From a virus, in the IMG/VR virus record IMGVR_UViG_3300036770_005682, positions 1 to 64,000 of that record: a stretch of 64,000 nucleotides of DNA; one strand, given 5' to 3'. The first letter of the stretch is position 1. Each line of letters starts with the position of its first letter. The notes under the pieces were generated by a model that was given only the letters and a program-made list of their open reading frames with translations, ran no database searches and was not told the origin of the DNA. The position numbers and the translations under genes are program-made. Shown here in pieces: positions 28,833-38,628 of this stretch.

Positions 28833-30238
28833 TGGCCGAGGCACCAGTAGTAAAGCTAAATGCTGATGGTGAAGTAGTGCAATGCGCTAAGGGTATGGAC
28901 TCTGGCGAGTGCGGTTACACGCCTGGAGCAAAAGTGTGCGGCAAATGCGGTGCCGTTGCCCAGCAGATGAAGGCTGCGTCAATGATGAACCCAATGATGC
29001 AGGGTCCTGCGCCAGCAATGCCAATGCGCAAAAAGCCGCGCCCCATGGGTCCAATGACACTTCAGGACGAGGAAGACGACGACCTCGTAGGTATGGAGGG
29101 CATGGAGGATGACATGGATGATGACGACATGATGGACACCGAAGACGGCAAGATGATGGGATACGACGAAGAAGAAGACGAAATGTATGTCCGTCGCGCC
29201 GCTCCAAAGCGTAAGCGCGGTGTTGTTGCCATGGAAGATGCTGAAATGGAAGACGAAATGGAAGACGAAGATGAAGATGTCTCCATGGAAGCAACCAGAC
29301 TAAAGATGCGTAATCGCCGCCTTGGCTCAATGGGATACAAGTCTTCCGAGTTTGACAAAGACGCATTTTTGTGCTCTTTTGACCGCAAGGTATACCCAGG
29401 CGGTTCGCCAGTGTGTGACTCATGCCCAGGTGGATGCGTTCCGGAAGAGGGCATGCCATCACTGCTCGAAGTCGAGGGCATGGCTGAGGACATGTTCAAG
29501 GGCAAGGTTCTTGATTCTGGCTACTCAGACGAAGCAGACCTATTTGTTGTGGACATCGAAAGAAAAGACGGAAAGCCAGTAGAGATTTTCTTTGATGGTT
29601 CCTCCGGCGAAGTAATGGGCTGGCACCTACTAAATAGCGACCTTGTTGAAGTGAAGTCAGCACTGGTTAACAAGGCGATGATTAGCTTTGGTGACGCTGC
29701 AGACATCGCCGTTAAGACGGTGAACGGAGACATCGTTGCTGTTGAGCCAGATGTTTTTGAGGGATACGACGTTTATGCGGTTGAAATTGACGGCGTAAAC
29801 GGAAAGTCCTATGACGTGTTTGTCAGCCTTGATGGAGAGGTTCTCGGTTATGACGAGTACACGATGGAAGAGGCAACAGAAATCGAGGCTGAAGCAGCGG
29901 AGATTGCCCTAAAGCGTGCGTATAGCGAAGACACTCGTCAGTCAATGGCCGATAAGGGCCAGGCCCTCCCAGACGGTTCATACCCGATTGCGGACGAAGC
30001 GGACTTGCGTAATGCAATCCAGGCTTTTGGACGCGCCAAGGACAAGACGGCAGCAAAAGCTCACATCATGAAGCGTGCTGTTGCCCTAGGCAAGGAAGAG
30101 CTTATTCCTGTGTCATGGGTGTCAAAGGAAGATATCGAAAAAGCCAAGGGTGAAGAAAAGTCAGAAGATGACAACTTCTTATCGACACTCATGGAATTTG
30201 AGATGCTTACAGTCGCAGAAGAAAAAGATTCGGAGTAA
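28832..30238 (+). CDS. Acidic head-associated protein with Cys clusters, PepSY-like repeats and a C-terminal DUF6582-like domain
   Basis: AAGGAG RBS before ATG 28832; ISF.DA..IA...V.G.IV.VE...VY.VEI...G...DVFV..DGEVL; ALPDGSYPI....DL.NAI.AFGR. Confidence 0.6.
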   Translation: MAEAPVVKLNADGEVVQCAKGMDSGECGYTPGAKVCGKCGAVAQQMKAASMMNPMMQGPAPAMPMRKKPRPMGPMTLQDEEDDDLVGMEGMEDDMDDDDMMDTEDGKMMGYDEEEDEMYVRRAAPKRKRGVVAMEDAEMEDEMEDEDEDVSMEATRLKMRNRRLGSMGYKSSEFDKDAFLCSFDRKVYPGGSPVCDSCPGGCVPEEGMPSLLEVEGMAEDMFKGKVLDSGYSDEADLFVVDIERKDGKPVEIFFDGSSGEVMGWHLLNSDLVEVKSALVNKAMISFGDAADIAVKTVNGDIVAVEPDVFEGYDVYAVEIDGVNGKSYDVFVSLDGEVLGYDEYTMEEATEIEAEAAEIALKRAYSEDTRQSMADKGQALPDGSYPIADEADLRNAIQAFGRAKDKTAAKAHIMKRAVALGKEELIPVSWVSKEDIEKAKGEEKSEDDNFLSTLMEFEMLTVAEEKDSE

Positions 30239-30240
30239 TA

Positions 30241-30438
30241 ATGAGAAAACTAACTAACGAGCAGAGAGAGCAACTTCGCGCCGAAAAGGCAGCGAAAGCG
30301 GCGGCAGCTGAGGTATCAGCAAAAAAGGAAACTAAGCCGAAAAAGACGAAAGATGTGGTGGACGATGTTGAAACAGCGACAGACAATCAAGAGCCTGTGG
30401 TTGAAGTTTCGACGGAGACTGACGACATTTCTAGTTAA
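30241..30438 (+). CDS. Small charged protein
   Basis: 65 aa, GGAG RBS. Confidence 0.5.
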   Translation: MRKLTNEQREQLRAEKAAKAAAAEVSAKKETKPKKTKDVVDDVETATDNQEPVVEVSTETDDISS

Positions 30439-30458
30439 CCTGCACTGGCGGTGGTCCG

Positions 30459-33400
30459 GTGCGCGATGATGAAATCAAACAAAAGCTAATTGGTGCAGCG
30501 TCACAAAAAGACGCAAAATTAGAAACAGCACCAAAATCGGCCGCTCAAGAGAAAAATAAAAACTCCAAAGAGCCAGAAAAAGACAAACCAGAAAAGCCAT
30601 CAAAGGCAAAATCTGAGTTTGAGCAGTTTCTTATCGATTGGGAACCTGGTGACCCACTGCCATTTTTCCCTCCTGGGAAAATATTAAGGCTTTGCCATCT
30701 AAGCAATAACCCGATGGTTACTGGTTCGGATTATTATTTCGACAACCCTAAAACAACAATCAAGCCTTATAGGCCTGGCCAAAAGTCTATAGAAGAAGAG
30801 TTTATAGAGGTAAAAAACCTTGGGCCGAAACTCAAAGAAGGCCTTTCCTCTCTTCTTGGTATGGTGGCGCGTTCGCGTGGCCTTTGGGTTGACGACAAAA
30901 ACAAACTACGTTGCCCTGCAGGTACTCCAAACGCAAACCAGTTCACCGACATAACTGGGAGCAACTGCTTTATCCCAACGCCAGCAACGGCAGCGCAATC
31001 TGGGGCAAGAGCAGCTAGAAGAGTTCTCGGCACGGCAGAGCAGATGGCTGCAGGAGTAGGACAGAGAGTAGATAGAAGCACGTCCGGTCGTGCTGCGACA
31101 GCGCAGCGGTGGACGACAGGAGATTTGGCATATCTGCAACAGGGCATGGATTTTGGCGGCAGAATGGGCATGCCCGGCAGCAGAGTATCCCCCAGTCAAA
31201 GGACGACGCGCGCCGGCAGGGTATCTCCTGCCACTGGAAGCTCAATTTACTATATTGGTCGGCGTGAGGCCATAGCTCGCGGGAAAGACCTGACACGTGC
31301 AGCACGCGACCTCAGCGATAGATACAAAGTTGGGGCACAAACACAAGCAGCGATACGTCTTCCCAATGGTCAGCTGGTAGGAAACGTTTTGAATAGAGCC
31401 GACTTTATGGCGGCCATGACGTACCTAATGCCAAACGTAGACCCTAACGAGATAGAGGAGTACTACAGCAACGCCATCCCTGGAACGCTCTCGTTGACGG
31501 ATAGAAGAAAGTACCAATCTGGATTTAAAGCGTTCTGGGAAGCTCACATTTTTGAAATGATTGAAAATGCAGAAGCATATAAATTAATCACAAAATTTGA
31601 GATGATGGACGACCTCAATACGGCTATTGAGATTTCAGTCGAACCCTTCGGCCCAAGCCCACTAAGCGGCGGACGAAGAGCAGGAATTGGCGCAACACAA
31701 ATGGCGACACAGGCAAACCTGATGGCCGAAGGCGGCGCACATGTTTCGTTCAAGGTAAGCCCATTCGGTATGTGGCAACAGATGAACGGCGTTGGTCGCA
31801 ACATGGACAGCGATGGGTCTGGGTGGCTTGACTCAATTGAAGGAAGAATGCATTACGTTGCGGTGCACGAAGCTGGGCACACAGTGGATTTTTACAACAA
31901 ACTCAAAGCTTTTGGTCTAGACCCCAATTCAATGCAAAGATACACAGCCCCTAGGCGTGTTGTATCTGTTGGCGGTTCGCCGACGGTTCAGCAAGATAAA
32001 TACAACGGCGCTTGGATTATTGATTGGGCAAATGTTACAAATCCCCAGAATAATCCATTCGTCGACGACATGATAGATGCCGCCAGAAGGTTAAAGAATA
32101 CTTCTTATACAGGTTCAAAATTTAGTGGCAGAAAAATAGACCTACAAAACGATTTGACAACGTTCTACGACAATTTGGCTTGGGCGTTTCAAAACAACAT
32201 TACTCATGATGTGGGCGACTTAGTAATTATGGCTGCTGCGGTGGGAGGGGAATACGCAACAGTCAATGGCGTCGAGACATCAGCAGAATTTTATGCATGG
32301 AGAAGATTGTTCGGCGAACTTAGGGGAAATGCGGCAGCAAGCAGAATGCCAATAGGCAGGGATATTCTCCAAGAGGGTCCTTTTGATTTAACCCCAAGCG
32401 ACATCGATTTACGCACAACAAATGCAAGAAACAGCCCTACCGCAAATCTTCTTACACATTTTGCCGCCGCTTGGGCAGTGCAAGAACGTGACCGGGCTAT
32501 GCAACCAGGTGGGGCCCTAGACCAAATTCAACAGCAGCTTCCACCTGGCGTAGGTTTGCCACAATCAATCATAGATAACTTTGAACAAAACGCTGCTGCG
32601 GATGCTGTCGCTAGATTGAATCAAGTTGGGCAATCATCATTTGGCGTCAGCCCAACGGGGTGGAACATATCTGGGCGCATGGGGAACATGCAGGGACCAA
32701 ACGACCGCCCGCAAACATTGCATGCTCGTAGAGTCAGGAACGCTGTTCGTTCGTACGACGCCAATAAGACAAGAGTAAAAACAAGCTTTAGCATCTCTGG
32801 ACGCATGGGGACACCAGACCCTGTAAAACCGCAAAGACCGCGAGAGCCAGATAATGGTCCATTCACTGGAAAGTTTCTTGATGTTCTTCGTGGCGCTTCC
32901 ACCTGGAAAGAGTTTGCAAGCAAATACCGCAAACAGACGGTTGTATTTTTTGACTACGAAACGACCGGATTTGGTGATGATGGGAACATGCCGGTTCAGA
33001 TAGGCGCGGTAAAAATGCGCGGCGGTAAAGTTGTAGAAAGATTTAACGTTTTTGTTAACCCCGGTATCCCACTTGGCGACTGGGCAAAAAAGAATTTGAA
33101 AAATGATAAAGGCGAGCCACTAACCGATGAGTGGCTAGCATCAAAAGCGGGAATGCGCCAGGCCCATGAACAGCTGCTTGAATTTTTTGGCGAAGATGCG
33201 CTGTTAGGTGGGCAATATACGCCATTTGACCTAGAAGTACTAGAGCGTATTCTCAAACAAGAAGGTATTGATTACAAACCAGCCGGTGTAATTGACTCAA
33301 AAGCGATGGCTGACGAACTACTTCCGCGATGGTCTCCCCAAAATCCCGATGGCCCAACAATGGTTGACCCTAAAACAGGAGAGAAAAAAGCATCAAACTC

Positions 33401-35600
33401 TCTTGGACCATTAGCCGAATATCTAGAGGTCGACCTCGGGGATGGCTGGCATACTGCAGACGCTGACTCTGAGGCATCAGCAATGATTATTGAGAAGATG
33501 CTAGATAGGGCAGCGTCTAAGCAAGACACATCAAAACGGCTATTGGACGTAGACCAAGTCCCACGAATTGTCCAGGAACGTCGCGCGAAATACGAGCGCG
33601 ACATGGCTGATTATCAAAAGGCAAAGGCAGAATACGACCAGCTTATTTCTGGCCGTATGGGTGTTGTGCAGTTTGAAACTGCTAATGGCTCTGTTTACAC
33701 AAGGCAAGCTGACGGCAGATTCCGTCGCAGAAAGAGCGCAGTGCTCGGCACGACCATAGAAGATTCTGACGTTGAGTCCACCTTTGACAACACCGTATTT
33801 GTTAATGACAATGACGCGTATGCAATTATGGCCAAAGGACAACGTGGCCGGATAGTAGACGACAGTGGGAATTTGATTGGTCGCATATATGACGACACTA
33901 ATCTAGATAGTTCTAAATTCATGTCTCTTCGTCGTGATGGAGACGATTTTGATACCGCTTATAGAAAAGCAGGCGGAACGATAAAAGATGAAGCAATCCC
34001 GGCAGCACGCATATACAGGGAACCACAGACCGGTTTAGCCCCAATTGAGTGGAACAACGCAGACAACAAGTACCACGTAGGAAGCAGTGTTTCGTCCGTG
34101 ACAACAGAGCCATCTACGTCTATATCTGGAAGAATGGGAAATCCTGAGCGCGCATCGAAAGCAAAGACCGCACAGGTAAAAGAAGTTTTGTCGACCACAA
34201 AAAGCTCTGTCGGAGCAAACATGAGCGACGAATACGTAGATAATTGGGAATCAATAGAACCGCGACTCAGTGGAGAATTGGGCATTAGAAAGCCACTCAA
34301 AAAGGCAGAAGCTAGAGCCCAAAGCAGCGAAGCAATGAGACGTTTTGGTTCAATGTTGCGAGACTCAATCGGCAACGAGAATAAACCGGCACAGCAGACT
34401 CCATACAGCCCTCTGTTTGCTGGCGTCGAATTAGATTTTATGGCTCACATTGGCTCAATGACTGATGAAGAAATTGAAAACGAATTAGTAGATGCAATGA
34501 CTGAGTTCCATGCTGGACTCGACCCACGCCCTAGGGTGCAAGTATGGCAGGGAGATTTGACACGCATACTGCAACACGGGTATAAAACGACACACAACAT
34601 CACCAGTGACCACAGTTCTAGCCCAATGCGTAAAACGTATGAAGCAGAAATTGGCATTCATCCTGATTTCCCAGACACGATGAGACCAGCTTCAGGATAC
34701 ATGGTTCATTCTGATTGGCTGAATGCTGAAGAAACTATTGCCTCTGCCGCAGTGGAGGCGCTCCCCGGAGCTGATGAAGAAACAAATTTCCCCGAATACA
34801 TGGATAGAAAAGGCATAGAAGACCACCGTGGTCCAGTTAGCGTATACGGAGGAGCGGAAATAATTCTTAGACCGGAGACATCAGGACGCACATACTACGG
34901 GTATGGAGACTCGTTGTCAATGAGATTCACGCCAGTGTCTATAAATTCCACTGACCCAGATGAAATAGTGCGCCCTATGGCCATGGGTGGGACAATAGCC
35001 GGCACAAATATGTTTGATTTGCTTTATGGCAAATGGAAGGGTGACTACTCGGCACTCAGGTATCAGCCCAATGGTAAGAGCGGGCGGCATTATTTCGAAT
35101 CGATGGTTGTCGGCGGATTTGACGCTGCAGACATAGAAGAAGTAGTTATCCCTAATTCTGGAGCCATCCCTGTTGGGGTTTTGTTTGAGCCGGACAACCT
35201 TCCCGAATCAAGAGGAAACATAACAGGCTCCGATTACGACGATATGGCCACAATCCCGGCATTCGCAAAAATGTCTGACGCACAGTATTGGATTGATAAC
35301 GCTGGCTCATCTGAAGAGCAGGCATCAGAAATAGTCAAGATGATAAATGACAAAAAGATGCTGACTGTTAGGGCCAACCCCCAGCTCGCCCGTGGACTAG
35401 CAGCCCAGAAAATTAAAGAGCGCCTGCTTGAAGCTGGCGCAAAACTGACAGTTAGAAACCAGCAGGGGATGGACTATTTTGACCCCCAAAGCTGGGTTGA
35501 CGACCTTAAGGCAAAGACATTAGAAGATGCTATAGAGATGGCTATGAGAAACAAGGTAATGAGGGCCATTAGCCAGGCAATGAAAGAAGCACAGCGATGA
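30459..35600 (+). CDS. Polyprotein A: HEXXH peptidase + DEDDh exonuclease + unknown domain + DUF3626-like domain, with 4 ISGRMG linkers
   Basis: VHEAGH..EYA..N..E..AE; FFDYETTG..FD..H.A.AD; RPASGY..YG....L...GDS..YFES. Confidence 0.75.
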   Translation: MRDDEIKQKLIGAASQKDAKLETAPKSAAQEKNKNSKEPEKDKPEKPSKAKSEFEQFLIDWEPGDPLPFFPPGKILRLCHLSNNPMVTGSDYYFDNPKTTIKPYRPGQKSIEEEFIEVKNLGPKLKEGLSSLLGMVARSRGLWVDDKNKLRCPAGTPNANQFTDITGSNCFIPTPATAAQSGARAARRVLGTAEQMAAGVGQRVDRSTSGRAATAQRWTTGDLAYLQQGMDFGGRMGMPGSRVSPSQRTTRAGRVSPATGSSIYYIGRREAIARGKDLTRAARDLSDRYKVGAQTQAAIRLPNGQLVGNVLNRADFMAAMTYLMPNVDPNEIEEYYSNAIPGTLSLTDRRKYQSGFKAFWEAHIFEMIENAEAYKLITKFEMMDDLNTAIEISVEPFGPSPLSGGRRAGIGATQMATQANLMAEGGAHVSFKVSPFGMWQQMNGVGRNMDSDGSGWLDSIEGRMHYVAVHEAGHTVDFYNKLKAFGLDPNSMQRYTAPRRVVSVGGSPTVQQDKYNGAWIIDWANVTNPQNNPFVDDMIDAARRLKNTSYTGSKFSGRKIDLQNDLTTFYDNLAWAFQNNITHDVGDLVIMAAAVGGEYATVNGVETSAEFYAWRRLFGELRGNAAASRMPIGRDILQEGPFDLTPSDIDLRTTNARNSPTANLLTHFAAAWAVQERDRAMQPGGALDQIQQQLPPGVGLPQSIIDNFEQNAAADAVARLNQVGQSSFGVSPTGWNISGRMGNMQGPNDRPQTLHARRVRNAVRSYDANKTRVKTSFSISGRMGTPDPVKPQRPREPDNGPFTGKFLDVLRGASTWKEFASKYRKQTVVFFDYETTGFGDDGNMPVQIGAVKMRGGKVVERFNVFVNPGIPLGDWAKKNLKNDKGEPLTDEWLASKAGMRQAHEQLLEFFGEDALLGGQYTPFDLEVLERILKQEGIDYKPAGVIDSKAMADELLPRWSPQNPDGPTMVDPKTGEKKASNSLGPLAEYLEVDLGDGWHTADADSEASAMIIEKMLDRAASKQDTSKRLLDVDQVPRIVQERRAKYERDMADYQKAKAEYDQLISGRMGVVQFETANGSVYTRQADGRFRRRKSAVLGTTIEDSDVESTFDNTVFVNDNDAYAIMAKGQRGRIVDDSGNLIGRIYDDTNLDSSKFMSLRRDGDDFDTAYRKAGGTIKDEAIPAARIYREPQTGLAPIEWNNADNKYHVGSSVSSVTTEPSTSISGRMGNPERASKAKTAQVKEVLSTTKSSVGANMSDEYVDNWESIEPRLSGELGIRKPLKKAEARAQSSEAMRRFGSMLRDSIGNENKPAQQTPYSPLFAGVELDFMAHIGSMTDEEIENELVDAMTEFHAGLDPRPRVQVWQGDLTRILQHGYKTTHNITSDHSSSPMRKTYEAEIGIHPDFPDTMRPASGYMVHSDWLNAEETIASAAVEALPGADEETNFPEYMDRKGIEDHRGPVSVYGGAEIILRPETSGRTYYGYGDSLSMRFTPVSINSTDPDEIVRPMAMGGTIAGTNMFDLLYGKWKGDYSALRYQPNGKSGRHYFESMVVGGFDAADIEEVVIPNSGAIPVGVLFEPDNLPESRGNITGSDYDDMATIPAFAKMSDAQYWIDNAGSSEEQASEIVKMINDKKMLTVRANPQLARGLAAQKIKERLLEAGAKLTVRNQQGMDYFDPQSWVDDLKAKTLEDAIEMAMRNKVMRAISQAMKEAQR

Positions 35601-35920
35601 AAAAGTCACTAGTTGGCAAAACTAGAGATGGCGGAAAGTTGTTTTTCGTGTCAGGAGGCCGCAGTACAGGGATATTCCAAATTGGCAGAACCATGACAGA
35701 AATCAACTTCTGGGATTTTGTTGACAAGAGGCCTGACCTAGAAGAGATGATGATAACGCCAATGCAGAAAAGGCTTTGGTCAAGAAATATCTCAGACCCT
35801 CAGTGGGTTGCGCAGTTCATGCCGGCGCATTGGAGAAAGCGGGAAGATGAAAACCCATACAACCAAAAAGTTAGCCAGGCATTAGATACAATAAGAACAA
35901 CGACAGATTTGCTGTTCTAG
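35597..35920 (+). CDS. Small protein coupled to polyprotein A (possible immunity/partner)
   Basis: ATGA overlap with upstream stop. Confidence 0.55.
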   Translation: MKKSLVGKTRDGGKLFFVSGGRSTGIFQIGRTMTEINFWDFVDKRPDLEEMMITPMQKRLWSRNISDPQWVAQFMPAHWRKREDENPYNQKVSQALDTIRTTTDLLF

Positions 35921-35948
35921 TATTACGAATGTCGCATAAGGACCGCCA

Positions 35949-36593
35949 GTGGACAACTTTGAAAAATTCCTGAGTAATAAAATAATAATTGTAGACGAGG
36001 AAAAGGCCGGAGGCCCAGCTGGCGCTGTGATACCTCAGGAAAACATCACAGGTGACGTACTTAAAGGACGTGGTCCACGCAGGGGAAATCTAGAAAGACT
36101 ACTCAGGTATTGGCGTCCAATAATGAAAAAACCCGGAGGATTCCGCCGTTGCCGCGTGATACTTGCGGACCATCCGGAGCTGTACCCTCTTGAAAACATC
36201 TGTGCCTGGCTGCACCATGAGACAACAGGATTATGGCCGAACGAGGGTTGTCACCATCCAGGTATGAAAAACTGCCGCAAAAAGTTGAAAAACGTCACCA
36301 ATGGCAGTATATGGACAGACAAAGATTTTGATGAAAGAATAAGGAAACTTACATCCAGGGGGACCAGAAAGAGTCTACAATTTTCTGGAGTAGTTGTTCC
36401 CGATGAGCCCTTCACACCAGTCGTAACAAACGAAGATTACGACCATGCCTTCAAGGTTCTGCAAGACTTTATGGACATGGAGCCAGATTTCTGCAAAACA
36501 TTGATGGATGAGTCGAACTGGGAACATTTGCACGGCATGCAGTCCACCGAACTGAAACATATTGCGCCAGATGAAGACAGTATCTCTTTCTAA
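35949..36593 (+). CDS. Head-associated protein with GN.E.L.RYW..PG.F.RC..CA.LH..G.WP motif
   Basis: Motif resembles modules seen in actinophage capsid-maturation regions. Confidence 0.55.
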   Translation: MDNFEKFLSNKIIIVDEEKAGGPAGAVIPQENITGDVLKGRGPRRGNLERLLRYWRPIMKKPGGFRRCRVILADHPELYPLENICAWLHHETTGLWPNEGCHHPGMKNCRKKLKNVTNGSIWTDKDFDERIRKLTSRGTRKSLQFSGVVVPDEPFTPVVTNEDYDHAFKVLQDFMDMEPDFCKTLMDESNWEHLHGMQSTELKHIAPDEDSISF

Positions 36594-38628
36594 TTGCTGC
36601 GATGAAAAATCGCTGACACCAATTGTACAAACACGTCATGTAACGCCAGAGTTGGCGCTTACACACGTAAACGCATTCACCCAGCCATTGCCCAAAGATG
36701 GCAATTATAAAAATGCTGTAATGTACAAGTGTGCTATGCAGCGTCGAGGCGGACGAGTAAATCTAGAGGTAAAAGTCGGTTCGGTGACATCGACTAGTCC
36801 TGTTTTGCAGGGGCTTCAATCTGTCGGCTCAATGATTATCCCCGGAGATACGGCACCACTCAGAAGCCCTCTTCGCTCAGGGCTGGCTAGGGCCATAACG
36901 CCTGGCGGCGGCAGAGGAATTAATCCGTTTGCCTATGGTAAACCCAATCGCGGATACAGATGTCCAGAGGGTTACCAATATGGTGGACGCTTTACAGATT
37001 CCAGATTCTCAACATGTGGAAAACAATTGTTTGACCTTCCTGGGATAATTGGAGCAGCAATCGGCACAGCAATTAGACGTTCTGCCGCCGGTGTCGCCAA
37101 TTTTGAACCAAGCGGACGTCGGGTTGGGGCCCTATCCGTCTCTGGTGACATTATCCAAAGTCGCGCACCGCAAATTCCTAAAGTTTCAGCATTAAATAAG
37201 CGCGACAGAAACGCTAATATCGCATCTATTGTTGCTGCTATGGCCGGTGTTGCCGAACCATACAGAAGAATGGTCCGTCGTGATGGTTTCGTTCTTGAGC
37301 CAGTAGTAAGCAACGCAGTACTAAGAACAATCCCAGACAACAGGGATATGGAAGGTGCAACATTTGTTCAGACTGCCCTGGATAGAGCAGTTATAGGGAA
37401 AGATGAACTTGGGTTGCTATCCAATACTGGTGTCCAAAAGCTTGTTTATGTTTTGCCTGGTGGCTCGACGCTAAATATAGAAAAAGCGCGCCCATTAACA
37501 GTTGGCGAACGACGCAAATTGGGCAAGACGGTTAACGTAGCCATTAATGCAGAAAACAATTCTGACCCAGCATCTAGGTTGCGTTTCGTTGCAGAGCAGA
37601 TGGGCGATGCTATTGCCTACAGCGAGTCCTTTAACGACATAAAGGACCCCAATGCAATAATTACAGTGACGTTGCCTGGCACAAAGCGGAAAACTCAACT
37701 GAAGAGATGGGTTTACGAATCGTTTTATAAGCGCAAGCCAGACGTTCCAACCCCTTCAGAAACTGAAATAACAGAAGGCGATTCAGTAGGGCCAAGCGAA
37801 AAAATCGACAACCTTTCGGGGGCAGTGAGGCACCTCAATGCTGGAGGCTCACTAGAAAACATATCCAGCTCATTGCGGGTTGAAGCACTGAGGCGGAGCA
37901 GGCTTTACAAGAGTGGAAAACTCAAAGAGGGCGTAATCCTTCATGAGCGCGCAGATGGGCAAACCGTATTCGAAATACGTCCGAAGCGAGATTTTGAACA
38001 TATTGGGGCTTCGGTTGCTTCTGAGGTGCAACGTTCGTTAGGCCTGAGTGCGCCAAAAGTAAGATTGTCTGGCTCTGGAAATAGGAGAACCTATCTTATA
38101 GGGGAAGCGCAGGATACGCCAATTGCCGGTTCACAAAATAGAGCAAGCGGTTTAGAAAATGTTGCTGTGGAGGATTTGGTTGGACTAGCTGTCGCAGACT
38201 GGCTTTTGGACACTCACGGCAGAACTCCGGCAAACATTTCTCCTATAAATATATCTGGAGCCATGAGGGCGGTTGCATCGATTAACCCGATGTCTGGAGG
38301 AATATCTGCAAGAGGCAATAACAGGCAACGTTTCGACATAGACATGAACGATTTTTTCGGACAAGAATTGCGCGAAATGTACCGTCGCAATTTCGAAAAA
38401 CTAAAACTTGAGCAGAGGCGCAAGGCTCTCAACATGATTGCAACATATATAGAAAGAGCTCAAAATATAGATTTCCCAGAATTGCGCAAAAGGCTGAGTC
38501 TCGACGGTGAAATGTCCGAAGCAGAAAAGCGACACCTTTCTATTATTGAAACACTGTTCAATAGAAGACTAGAAACACTGAGAACATCCAGAGCCGCATT
38601 CATGTCTGCACTAGGATTGCGGCAGTAA
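36562..38628 (+). CDS. Large protein B with RCP motif and C-terminal degenerate HipA/PI3-PI4-kinase-like domain
   Basis: EH.GA.VAS.V.RSLGL.AP.V and LAVADWLLDTHGRTPANI. Confidence 0.6.
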   Translation: MRQMKTVSLSNCCDEKSLTPIVQTRHVTPELALTHVNAFTQPLPKDGNYKNAVMYKCAMQRRGGRVNLEVKVGSVTSTSPVLQGLQSVGSMIIPGDTAPLRSPLRSGLARAITPGGGRGINPFAYGKPNRGYRCPEGYQYGGRFTDSRFSTCGKQLFDLPGIIGAAIGTAIRRSAAGVANFEPSGRRVGALSVSGDIIQSRAPQIPKVSALNKRDRNANIASIVAAMAGVAEPYRRMVRRDGFVLEPVVSNAVLRTIPDNRDMEGATFVQTALDRAVIGKDELGLLSNTGVQKLVYVLPGGSTLNIEKARPLTVGERRKLGKTVNVAINAENNSDPASRLRFVAEQMGDAIAYSESFNDIKDPNAIITVTLPGTKRKTQLKRWVYESFYKRKPDVPTPSETEITEGDSVGPSEKIDNLSGAVRHLNAGGSLENISSSLRVEALRRSRLYKSGKLKEGVILHERADGQTVFEIRPKRDFEHIGASVASEVQRSLGLSAPKVRLSGSGNRRTYLIGEAQDTPIAGSQNRASGLENVAVEDLVGLAVADWLLDTHGRTPANISPINISGAMRAVASINPMSGGISARGNNRQRFDIDMNDFFGQELREMYRRNFEKLKLEQRRKALNMIATYIERAQNIDFPELRKRLSLDGEMSEAEKRHLSIIETLFNRRLETLRTSRAAFMSALGLRQ

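Noticed and set aside
31836-31853. IEGRMH as a linker variant
   Set aside because: It directly precedes the HEXXH helix, so cleavage would split the peptidase domain; likely coincidental.
34122-34139. Met of ISGRM as an internal start codon with GGA as a ribosome-binding site
   Set aside because: The Gly codon is only 3 nt from the ATG and is often GGC or GGT; there is no consistent Shine-Dalgarno spacing. Not fully excluded without ribosome profiling.
38251-38268. ISGAMR in the 688-aa protein as a linker
   Set aside because: It lies inside the kinase-like core and deviates at two positions, so it was not counted.
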